Of a stretch of DNA of 64,000 nt, positions 52,419-64,000 are shown piece after piece. The stretch comes from Octopus sinensis (Eukaryota), in the NCBI RefSeq assembly GCF_006345805.1, contig NC_042998.1, forward strand, positions 16,616,001 through 16,680,000, read 5' to 3'. The notes under the pieces are model-generated. The model ran no database searches and was not told where the DNA came from. It saw only the letters and a list, made by a program, of their open reading frames with translations. Position 1 is the first letter of the stretch; the number at the start of each line of letters is the position of its first letter. The translations under genes were made by a program, and so were the position numbers.

Positions 52419-53480
52419 CACGAATGATAAATAAACAACTAACAGAAACAAAGAAACCAGTAAATGTTATATCGACACAAAGAACAACAGCTTTTGAAAC
52501 ATTATTTTTGAGTTAAAAGCAACGAGCCAAGGCTGTATCAACAAAAATACGCTACAATAACAATTTCAACCTAGTTACTAATGATATTTACATCGAATAA
52601 TATATTTTAGATGGGGAACGGCGTTTTTAATGTATATCAACATTACAAATATCGATTTATATAGCTCTTTGCCGGCAACGTGTGAATTTATCACACATTT
52701 TTAAACATCACATAGCTGTTCGTCAAAAGACCAATTCAAAATAAACAGAATTTACTTCTTTTAAAATGCTTCTTCTTTACGAAGCTTATATATTCAATAT
52801 ATTTGCCGAACGAATTTTATATGTATAAAGAGAATACATATGTACATACAAGAATAGTGGCGGCTAAAGGGAAATCTACCTAAGAAAAGCTACTAAAAAC
52901 TTAGAGAAAATAAGGTTGTTTTATAGTTGGAGCTTAAACGAAGATCATGCATGTTGAACATGAAACTTTCATTAAGGCAATTCTACAATTAGCTTCCGGA
53001 CGTTGGCCTGGATACCAGGGACCCTAGACTATATATAAAAAGAAAAGAAGGCACTATTTTCAAAACATTAAAAATGCGATCTGAATAAAGTTTTCGGATG
53101 TCTCGATAAACGGCACATGGAATAAGTTTTCAAGTAATTTATTTAATTATTAATAACATCATAAATACAAAATACACTGTAACATGTAAACAAGCTCAAG
53201 TACAAGCACATACAGATTCGAAGAAGCACATCCTCAGTTGAATCATTAATTATAGTCACTAAATCAATTATCGACCACATAAAAATTGAAGCCATACAAA
53301 AAAGTTCACATAATTATGTCATCACCAAACGTACTCTCATTCACTTATGATTTCTTGCATATTTCCCTGGAATTACGTAAGACGGGGATCGAATCCTCGT
53401 TCAATATTAAGCTGCACAAAATCCATAACTAATATGACATACACATTCACATAATGCAGTAATTTACATAATTTTTTGTA

Positions 53481-56042
53481 CCAAGTTGAGTCAAAAGTGT
53501 TTTATTTTCTGTGTTTCAAACTGTAATTCTAGCAAAGTTCACTCGGAAACTATTTATTTATCAAAGTGATCACATTATATAGTATTGTTTGTTGCCAACA
53601 TTGGCCAGAAGATCAGTTCCACGCTTATATCATTTGTTTGGTTCAAAGGCAATAAAAGAAGAAATTTCCTTACGCTCAGTTTCAACTTCATGCAATCTTT
53701 TGAACCTCCTGCTATGGAAGAAATAAGAAATGGCTCAGAAAAGTGGGAATCTGATGATGCAAAATATGGATTGTATGGCTTGTAGGCAGAAGAAGGTGGC
53801 AGCTGTTCCAGATCCTCATTTGTTTCAGCTTTGTTATAGGTAATGTGTGCTGAGGCGCTGCCATGCCTTAGAGGCGCACATCTTCAATTAACCCGTGCCG
53901 AGTACCCGGTTGTTGTACTAGCTACACTTGTCGAACATAAGCCATGCTATTCTGTTGTAAAGTGGGTTCCTCCCAATGGTGTAATCTGTGAGTGCCGTTG
54001 TATTGTATTTGCTGGTTTACACTAGTAGCCACAATAGTTATTAATCATCGGATACCGTTGTATCTCTTCGTACCGGTATAGTAATACGCTAACCTCCCGT
54101 TTTACTATCGTTGATAGCTCCACAAGATACCGACTGGAACTATCAACTCACAACACTTCGACTCTCGACAGGCTACCGCTTTATTTATAATGGCTCAATC
54201 CTACCACTTTTTACCAGGTAGCGATATAGTTTCGCTATGCTGCCTCACCTCTTAATTATTTTAATTAACAAATGATTTCCTTTATTCACCCCACCACCTC
54301 TTTTTTATACACTCAATATCTTTTCTTCTTAGGGTCTACTTCAAGAGATTCAGCGTTCTTGTATGTGTGGGATTCAAGGGATTCTTGTCTTGTACGTGTG
54401 GTTTCGACTTCTTGTAATAGCGTTGGAATCTGAAAAGTGCTATTTAGCCAATTCATCAGTATTTCTACTCTTGTTGGTTCCTATACTATGACTCATTCCT
54501 TAAGCATTCCATTTCTGCTTCTTACACCATACATTATCTTCCTATGTAGTATGATACAATTTCTCTTTCTTCTCAGTATTGCTTGCCAGTTTTGTACATT
54601 CTTACATATAGCTTGTCTCCGATTCTAAAGACGTTTGGCACCTCTTTACGGGCACGAAAGATTTTCTTCGCTGCTGCTGAAAACCTTGTTGTTGTTCTCA
54701 TTGTTCCTTGAGTTGTTGTCGTTACTTTTGCATCTCAACTACCTCAGCTAACAAGTCTTCCATATTTTATAATTTTCTTAAATTTGCACAACAAAATCTT
54801 TGTTTCTTTATGTCTAATTATATAATTTTTCCATGTAAATTAGTTGAAACTCTCTGTGTGAATGATTGCTGTTTTTGTTTTTTTTTGCTCCGCGGAAATT
54901 GGTTTTTCCTCTTCCCAAATGTTGTAATGTGAGTTCCTCCCATTGGAGTGATGTGTAACAGCTGCTGCACTGTAGTTGCTTTTCTACGCTAGTAACCACA
55001 ATAGTTACTAGTCATCGAATACCGCTGTTCCCCTTCATACCGAAATAGTTAAACACTAACTTCTACTGTCTTACTATCGCTGATAGCTCCACACGACACC
55101 CATTAGAACATTCGACTCTCAGCTCCTCGACTGTCGACTCTCAACACTTCGACTCTCGAGTCACTCTTGATTACCGTCTACTGGTTTACTTATAATAGCT
55201 CACTCATACCACTATTTTACCGGGAGGGATATACAATTTCACTATACAATACATTCACATGATGACCATCTAGGACAAGCTCAACGTTTAACATCCCTCG
55301 AAATTCCACCAAGCAGACATGTCATTCTGCTCAAACTGTCCTTGCTTGACATCAGATTCTGAAGCCTGGTCGGAATGAAATCAATGATTTCTTCTTTTAG
55401 AATGACGAAAGTTGATCCATTGTGCATCCACATTTACTATTCGACTCAAATAATTAGTATCTCAAAGATCTACCAGTGGTTCTTTGCAAATGGTCACACA
55501 TCGCAGAATCTGGTCATTGGCAAATTCATGAGAAGTTTCTCAACAGCATCCGATCACAAGTCAGAGCTTACGTATATATGACCTGATGACATTTTATGGA
55601 CTTAGTTCTGCTAACAAAATGCGAGTGATTGTGCTTGGCTGTCGTTCAGCCATTTCAAGTACGGCCGCATCTTCTACAGCGGAAGGTCTCTCTGTCTTTT
55701 GTTTGTATTCGAGGCTGGTCTCGTCCCTCTTGCCACACATCCGTTGATAGTTCCTAAGCCTTTCACATTACTAATCCCTTTTGCCGCTGCCGTTACACTT
55801 AATTCTATTTTCTATAGTTAGCGTAAAGTGGCTCTAATTTCAATTTGCTTTCATCACTGACTATCAAAGCTGAAAACTGCAGAATAAACAACTAATGTTT
55901 ACATGTCATATATGAAAATAAATAATAAACAATTTGGTAAAGATTGGGCAACTAACACTATGGAATTAATACTATGACACTGAGATCCAAGTTTCCAAAT
56001 ATATTCAGTGAAAACCTAAAAATAAATTTTGAGTTAACCTGG
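53481..56042 (-). pseudogene. Full-length-size mariner relic split by a nested LTR element
   Basis: TIRs ccaagttgagtcaaaa (53481) and ttttgagttaacctgg (56042); minus-strand remnants AVLEMAERQPST, SRIVNVDAQW, WWNFEG, HGSASAH, YNPYFASSDSH and YKRG..WQQ; about 1.27 kb once the insert is removed. Confidence 0.75.
53953..55248 (-). mobile_element. Internally deleted Gypsy-related LTR element (about 1.3 kb)
   Basis: Diverged direct repeats 53953-54241 and 54920-55248, both ending TTACAACA on the minus strand; PPT-like aattaagaggtgagg; gag start MEDLLAEVVEMQK at 54763. Confidence 0.7.
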
Positions 56043-57929
56043 TGATAACAGATATAAAATAATCGAATATTTAGATGAAGAAAGGAAGGAATGCACGAGG
56101 GAAAATTTTGGAGTAGATGCGAAATTTTGAATATCTGTACAAGGAAGATTAAAATATTCTGAAGAAGGCTCAGTGAATTAACAAACTTAAGAACTTGAAA
56201 AATTATAATGTATACAGTATAAGCGCAAGATTGATGTTTGATGAGTGATTGAATGTGAACGACCCATTAAAGATGCTAACTGAAAGCGCATAACTAAATG
56301 GTAACAAAATGGAAGTTGATTAATGTGCAACATGCTGAAGGTCCGTGAATAAATATACTTAAGAACGTGCATTTAAGTAATTGTGTATAAACGGAATATT
56401 ACAAATGAAATGTATATTTGAGAAATGAGAAATGAGAAAACAGAGGTGAAAATCAGATCACTAAGTGCAAGGTTTACAGTGAAAAATATAGGAAAAAACT
56501 AGGAAAAATAGAGATTTAGAAAAGAAAAGAAAATATACATTCAGACTGATGTAAGATTTTGTGTGTATGTATTTCGTTATGATTAATGTGATTTTCACTA
56601 ATAGCATTAAAAATTATTAAAATTCGTAATAGCCTTATAAATATTACGATGATTTTTTTTCTTATCTTTGATATATAAATAATGAATTACTTCAGCATTT
56701 TTAGTAAATAAGAATAACGCTTTTATACAACACAGAATATTAATTTATCATTTTAGCAAAGTTAGAATAATAGCTTCAGCTATCCTAGCACTAGATCTCT
56801 AGAATGTCAATGGTAAGCTACGAATCTGATTTTATTTTTTTGTATAAATTTTCAGTGATATTTTTAGAATGTAACATCTAAACCTTGAATTATAAGAAAA
56901 CATAAATCTTCAATAAATTCCTTAGAGAAATTAAGGAAAATATTTGCTAAAAGCGAAATAAATAGAAACAAATATAAAGTCAAAATATACAATAAAAAGA
57001 AATAAGCAAGTGAAAAATAAATAAAACTGAGCTGGTAATTTCGTATCATATTAATTGACTTTATTCTTCTATTGTGAATACGGTTATAATAAAACGACAA
57101 AGAATCGACATTAAAATATTTTGGTAAAGTAGAGTATTTATGGGTATTAATAATGCCTATTTACACATTGATATTGGATGACAGTTTAAGTAAAACTGAT
57201 TTGCAAACTGTTTAGTACGAATAATATAATGAAGCCTGTATTAATGGATGACAGCTATTTTTTCCTTAATGCCTTCTCTCAATAAAGTATGTTAATTACA
57301 TGTAGATAAACTAAAGAGGCGAAACATCTATTATAGAGAAACCGTCATTGTTTGCAAACGTTCATTTTTTATTCGTAATTGCGTCTATTTCAAAAAGTCT
57401 TATAGCGTAGAAGCATTGCACTACATATAAGTTATATTATATGTACTATAATTATTATGATTATCAATCATATTATAAAATGTGGTAGATTGGCTGAATA
57501 TTTAGACATTCGTAGGAAACTCCAGCTTGTGTTTGCGGGGTATGTATTGCTTCTCACTTAAAATGAAGCTGCGTTCTTTATTGACATTTCGGGGCGATAA
57601 AAATGAACACCAATCAAATATTGGGCAGTGTTTAAACAATCAATCTCTCGCCGCAAATACCTGATCTTGTGTCTTTCTTACAAATCACTTTTTTATAGTT
57701 TTCCATATCCAATGTGTTTCTCCAAATGTGAATACAGTGAATATTTTACAGTATACATTAAGGTGTTAAAGGGTAAAAGAAAATACAAAATGCAAAGAAA
57801 ATCCGGTTCACAAACAAGTATACTGATAATTTATTCTTTGCCATAATGTGTTAATCATATTTGCAGATACAGTAATGTTATTTTATCGACTAAACCGGTC
57901 CTTAGACTTAATCCCTCATTAAACTGAAA

Positions 57930-58150
57930 GAAATGGAAAGGTCGTGTACAGCAGCATTTTTAGCGTGCATGGCTAAATAATCAGCAACATTTTGCCAGTC
58001 TTTGTATTTCAAGGTGAAATTCGTCTGAGCAAAAACTGGCTTTTCATTCTTTCGGGTCGATAAAATAAGTACCAGTTGCGCACTAGTGTCGATATATTCA
58101 GCTTACTCTTCACCCTCATTTTCTAGTTATGTGCAAAATTTTGAAAGCAG
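57930..58150 (+). mobile_element. tRNA-derived SINE, family S1 (old)
   Basis: gcttttcattctttcgggtcgataaaataagtaccagttgcgcactagtgtcgat core. Confidence 0.65.
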
Positions 58151-59682
58151 TGGATGTATGTATATCATTTTACTGATTTCAGTTGCAAATGATATAACAC
58201 GCATATTTTGTAAGTGCTATAGGGATTTTAATTCAACTGGGATTCTCTGAAAAGAAGATTTGGTAATAATTTGCAAATGAATGAGGTAAGATATATTATG
58301 AGATATGACGTTCATTCTGTAGCGAGATTGAAAACAGAATTACCATACTTTCACAGTAGTACCAGACTTTGTTTTGCTCTTTAAATTAAAGGTCGAGGAC
58401 TGTACATTTTCGCAGGTTTATAAATTATATCCCGTATATAATTTTCATGAATTCTGAAAGACATTATGATACAGGATACTACACACGCAGAAAACATTTC
58501 TTATCTATATTGAACGTGTTGCAGATATTCCTTTGACTATCAGTGATGGTGGGGCACAAAATATAGTTTATTTATTGGTTTATCTCTCGTTGGTAACTGT
58601 ATTTGAGTATGTTCAGATTTTGCACTTATCACCTTCTGATGTGTTGTCTATTCTGTATTTGATGTAATTGTTTCTTAATGCATGCTCTTGGGCAGGATCG
58701 ATTAGAGTCTCTATTTCGGAAATATTTTAACTTTTGGCCGAAAAGGCTTGTGACACTATTTTCAAAACATAAGTATATTCTGTGATTCACCACGATTGTC
58801 AAATTTTCTTTTATCAGTATATTTGTTTTAATGATCATCGTTTAAGATTTCTGTGACTGTAAGCCCGTAACATTTTCTTGCGGAAATTGACGGTAAGGAG
58901 ATTATCAATTTGTATTTGTATGAAGATTATAAAAACAGTATATAGCAGCGTTGATTCTGCGTTAGGATAACGTTAGTGGAAAGCATTAATGTCTTTCTTA
59001 TATTATTTTCTGAAGATTACTCAATACTAGTCACAAAATCTACGTTGTAAGCCTAAAAGGAACAAATACATGAATCGAAAATAAATCGTAATTTCTACAA
59101 AGAAAAGTAGATTGAATAACATTTTAATTTCAGTTAAATATATAATTGATATACGAAATAGATGTAAATATAAATTTAGTAAATACTTAAAATATAACGC
59201 TCATATTTTATCGACATCATGGGGTGCAAATATGCACGTATCTTTTCGGTTGTCAATATGAACTCGAAAATAGACTCCCCGCATTGGAATAGGAAAAGAA
59301 GATTAGAGATATTTTCCAGTACACCGGAATTTCATAGAACAGATTGTAATATGAAGTACCGCAAGCCTTCCACAATCTATTATACAAGCATTTGCAACGG
59401 GGAGAATAACTTATGTTTCGTTTGCACAGATGCAAAATCAATCATGTGGAATAAATATATCAACGCAAATTACGGTGTAATATTTTAGATAAAAAAATAT
59501 TCTCACTTACCTTACCTTTTGTATCTCATTCTCATGCTATTAATATAACTTTTCATCCCACTTATTTTCTTAATATAATTTGTCATGGACTACATATCTT
59601 TTATTACCTCTGATTCACGTCTCCTTGTATTTTAATCTTCGAAACTTTGTAGCTAGTTAACAAAAGCATTAACATAATAATG

Positions 59683-59735
<53 letters not shown>

Positions 59736-60009
59736 TATTATTATTGTTGTTGTTGTTTTTACTGTTGTTGGTGGTGTTGTTGCTGTTGTAATTGTGGTTG
59801 TTGTTAAAATTATCTTATTTTCTTTACACAGATTCTAACGCAGAAGTACTACGGTGCCAGCTTTTCATTACTAAGGAACAAAGGAAATATCCCTCCATCT
59901 GGAGTATTCGAGCGGTTTCAAGCAGTGCGCTGTTTTCTAGTTCGCAGAAGTAGGACTGGAAGCTATCAATAGACAGGTAATGGAAAATAATAATAATAAT
60001 AACAATAAC

Positions 60010-60061
<52 letters not shown>

Positions 60062-60064
<3 letters not shown>

Positions 60065-61150
60065 GCTCGTGGAAAATCACGAGAGACGAAAGAAGCTTCA
60101 TTCTATCATAAAAGAAAGAAAAAATTTGCTATTGATCTCGTGCAGGATACCCAAACTGAACAACCCGAGGGAAGTACGGCAACTATTGTTGCAAAGAAGG
60201 TGAAAATGATGGCAACGAAAAAAGCGCACGAGCAATTGGCTGATAGGTGGGTGGAGAAACCTCTGCACGGCAAATATGTGACCCGCAGCAAACAAGATGA
60301 TGTTGACCAGAAGCAAACCCATCAGTGGCTACGGACCTCAGAGAGCGAAGGTTTCATCCTGGCTGCTCAAGATCAAAGCCTATTAACCCGGAACTACCAG
60401 GCCAATGTGATGAAAAATGGAGCAGACCCAAAATGCCGATTCTGCAACGACATGATTGAAACAGTGGACCACCTAATCTCTGGATGTAAAGTCTTAGCAC
60501 CAGTGGAGTATAAATTAAGACATGACAGAGTTGGCCAATATCTACACTGGCTAATAAGTCGGCATTACAAAATCAAAACTGCCGACAAGTGGTATAATCA
60601 CCACCCTGAGGCTGTAACTGAAGGAGAAAATGTAACCATTCTGTGGGACTTTCCAATACATACAGACCGAACCATCAAGGCCAATGAACCAGATATTGTT
60701 GTGAAAGACCAAAACAATAAAGTTTGCTTATTGATCGACATGAGCATCCCCTGTGATCATAATATCTCGGCGAAAGAGTTTGACAAGCTCAGAAAATATA
60801 AAGACCTACTCATTGAAATTTAGAAAATGTGGCATCTCAAGGCGGTTACAATACCAGTGATCGTAGGAGCACTAGGAATGATCAAGAAGGGAACCGAAAA
60901 TATGAGAATGATCCCTGGCTTACCATCCCTGCAAGAAGTGCAAAAGATTGTCTTAACTGGTACATCACACGTATTGAGAAGAGCATTGTCGATGTGAGAA
61001 CTGTTGCTGCTCATGTATTTTAATTTAACTTAAAAAAACAAAAAAAACATGAACGAAATGTTGAGTTTGATTTAATGGCCTACCAATGTATACTATGAGT
61101 TTCTTTGCCCTAGGAGTCGGGAAGACACTCGGCAAGAAATGGAAGCAAAT
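60062..61150 (+). pseudogene. R4/Dong-type LINE 3' fragment (copy 6, distinct subfamily)
   Basis: ORF 60140-60823: KPLHGKY, FILAAQDQSL, CRFCN..HLISGC, ANEPDIVVKD..LIDMS; between (TAA)n arrays. Confidence 0.9.
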
Positions 61151-61186
61151 TTGAAAGAAGAAAAAAAAGTAATGATAATAATAATA

Positions 61187-61257
<71 letters not shown>

Positions 61258-61321
61258 GATAATAATAATAATAATAATAAAAACAATAATAATAATAATA
61301 ATAAAAATAATAATAATTATT

Positions 61322-61364
<43 letters not shown>

Positions 61365-61487
61365 TTAATATTATTATTATTGTTAATCTTAGTACATATC
61401 TAAAAGACTGATGTTACTCCTCCTGAAATCAAGGCAACAATAAGAATCACGCTCTTATTGTTTCTTTGTTACTGTTGTTGTTATTAA

Positions 61488-61519
<32 letters not shown>

Positions 61520-61522
<3 letters not shown>

Positions 61523-62805
61523 GTGTGACTTTTGCTTTATGTCTGTACAAGTTGGCTCCAACTCTCACCCAGAGACCTCAAGAGACAACAGGTTGCAAGT
61601 TCACGTTGTTGTTATGCCAAGTGTGCCATATATTTGGGTTTTTTTTGTGTTGTACTAGTGAATGTCTAATACATTAAAAAAAAAGTTTGTTTTAAACCTT
61701 GGGATTACATAGAGAGTATTTTGCGTAGGATATGAGCAGTTCCCATGAGCACTATCTTTTGAATTTCTGCCATTTTGGAGTTTCCTGGTATCTAAGTTAG
61801 GTAGTAATCAGTCCCTTTCGCTATCATTCCCAGGGCACCTATGACAACAGGTATTGTTTTAGTCTTCAGCTTCCACATTTTGCTGATTTCTATTTCAAGA
61901 TCTTTATATTTGCTCAGTTTTTGGTAGGTCTTGACAGATACGTTTATATCGATTGAGACAGTCATATCAATGAGGAGGCATGTTCTTTGTCTGAAGTCTT
62001 TTAATATGATGTCTGGCCTATTTGCATCTATCTTTCTGTCAGTTTGAATGGTGAAGTTCCAGAGGAGTGAGGTGTGGTCATTTTCAAGCACTGGAGGTGA
62101 ATTGTGTTCGCACCAGTTTTTTCATGGGTCAAATCCAGGTTTTTGCAAATTACACAATGAATATATTGTGCTGCTCTATAATGCCTACTGAGGTACTCTG
62201 TAGGCGCTAGAAGACTGCATTTGGAGACAACATGGTCAATGGTTACATTTTGTCGTCGGCATACACGACACGTTGGGCTATTGCCGTTCTTTAATATGTT
62301 GGCCTGGTAGTTTCTTGTTGGTAGGCATTGATCTTGTGCTGCTATGATAAGCCCCTCTGTTTCAGCTTTTAAGCAAGAGGCCATTAGCCATTGATGGGTC
62401 AGGGCTTTGTCAATATCTGCATTATTCGCTCTCTTTGGGTATTTGCCATAGAGACGTTTTTCTTGCCATTTATTATTCAGAATATCTAAGGCCGCAGTTT
62501 TGGCACGGGTTTTCATGCGCCTAGCTTTTTCTGTGCTTGTGTCTTGTATGTCCATCTCTAATTCCGAAATTGGTTGTATTCGGAATTCACTTAGATATTC
62601 CTTTGTTTTGTTACTGAGTATGATGCTTTCTTGTCTTCATGTTTTGAGACAAGTTTTAACATCCAGTCCTCAGACTTTTTCAGGTAGGTGTCTAAGCCAA
62701 TTGTAGCAACCTTCATTGTTATTGCCAGTTGCAAAAAACCACGGCCTCCCTCTTTTCTTGGCAGATAAAGTCGTTCTGTATCTGCCTTAGGGTGGTGCAT
62801 TCTAT
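61520..62805 (-). pseudogene. R4/Dong-type LINE 3' fragment (copy 7)
   Basis: ORFs 62591-62800, 62028-62555 and 61792-62091: MHHPKAD, CRVC..HVVSKC, NRPDIILKD; (ATT)n on both sides. Confidence 0.9.
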
Positions 62806-62809
62806 AATT

Positions 62810-62887
<78 letters not shown>

Positions 62888-62909
62888 ATTATAATTATTA
62901 TTATTATTA

Positions 62910-62993
<84 letters not shown>

Positions 62994-62994
62994 G

Positions 62995-63685
62995 GTAGTT
63001 TTATTTTTATAGCGTGCTTTCACTTCACTACCGAGTGCAGCTCTGTGTGCCTTGGGTATGTGCTGTGATTTGTTGTGATGCTCTGATGGTTATTGTATGG
63101 AAAGTGTTCTGCGTAGGATGTGTGCAGTGGCTAGTAGTGCAATTTTCTGTATGTTATATGTGTTTGTAAGTCCTGGTGTTTTTGTTATGTATTTGTCTGA
63201 ATATTTTTTTATCATGCCTAATGCACCTACTATGATAGGAATTGTTTCTGTTTTCAGGTTCCACATTCTAGTTACCTCTATTTCCAGGTCTTTGTATTTT
63301 GAGAGTTTCTCCATTTCTTTTAGAGACACGTTGTCATCTGCCGGTATTGATACATCAATTAGAAAGCATTTTTTTTCTTCATGATCTCTGACAACTATAT
63401 CTGGTCTGTTGGCCTTAATTTCTCTATCTGTGTGTATCGGCATATCCCAGAGTATGGTTGCTTTCTCGTTTTCTGTGACTTTTTCTGGTGTGTGTCTATA
63501 CCATCTTTTTTCTGTTGTTATTCCATAATGTTGGTATAGCTTCCAATGCAGTTACTTGTAATATTTCTTTTCATTACATGTTTTTGGTAATTTCTGGTGA
63601 GGAGGCTTTGGTCTTGTGCTGCAATTAAAAATCCCTCTGTTTCTGCTTTGAGTCCTGAGCTTCTCAACCATTGCTGGGATTTTTC
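62995..63685 (-). pseudogene. R4/Dong-type LINE 3' fragment (copy 8, same young subfamily as copies 4 and 5)
   Basis: Near-identical to about 23070-23870 except for a 109-bp deletion of the zinc knuckle. Confidence 0.95.
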
Positions 63686-63689
63686 TAAA

Positions 63690-64000
63690 TTCCAAATCTC
63701 ACTCAGAGACCTCAAGAGACAGTAAGTTAAAATTGCATGTTGATGTAAGGCCTACGTTTTCATATATTTGGTTTGCGCATAATATTGTTCTACAGAATTT
63801 TTTTTAAGAAAACATGGAAATTTTAAGTTGGTGGTAAAATTTGAGATTTCATAAACTGTGTATCACGTAGGATGTGGAGAGTTGCCATGAGCACTATCGT
63901 TTGAATTTCTGCCATTTGGGGTTTCCTGGCACTGGATCCAGTTGGGAATCAGTGACTTTTGCATTCCTTCCTAGGTTAAATATGACAAGAGGAATTATTT
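63690..64000 (-). pseudogene. R4/Dong-type LINE 3' end (copy 9, runs off the window)
   Basis: Matches 61555-61860 (cagagacctcaagagac...ccatgagcactatc..tgaatttctgccattt.gg.gtttcctgg). Confidence 0.8.

Overview
AT-rich eukaryotic (animal) DNA, probably intronic or intergenic, with no recognisable intact host protein-coding gene. The repeat families and the microsatellite density suggest an octopus (cephalopod) genome; this is an inference from recalled repeat families, not a database result. Most of the window is mobile-element relics: nine 5'-truncated R4/Dong-type (restriction-like endonuclease) LINE copies lined up in (TAA)n arrays, several tRNA-derived SINE families, a decayed Penelope-like (PLE) reverse transcriptase, Gypsy, Helitron, mariner/maT and Chapaev-like transposase relics, and MITEs. 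Nearly all long ORFs in the supplied track are microsatellite artefacts or dead transposon frames. The signal most worth following is a set of short non-coding elements from at least four unrelated sequence families that carry type I hammerhead ribozyme folds (3785-3845/4452-4512, 19221-19272, 29839-29943, 49263-49308, plus degenerate ones at 23956-24001 and 18923-18958). All sit against (TA)n or (TAA)n microsatellites. The 3.5-kb and 19-kb elements share a 'partial tandem plus 5'-inverted segment' layout typical of PLE insertions, and a ribozyme-less 33-kb relative shows the 5' inversion only. Together these look like retrozyme-like, non-autonomous PLE families. The folds were found by eye; ribozyme activity and novelty are untested.
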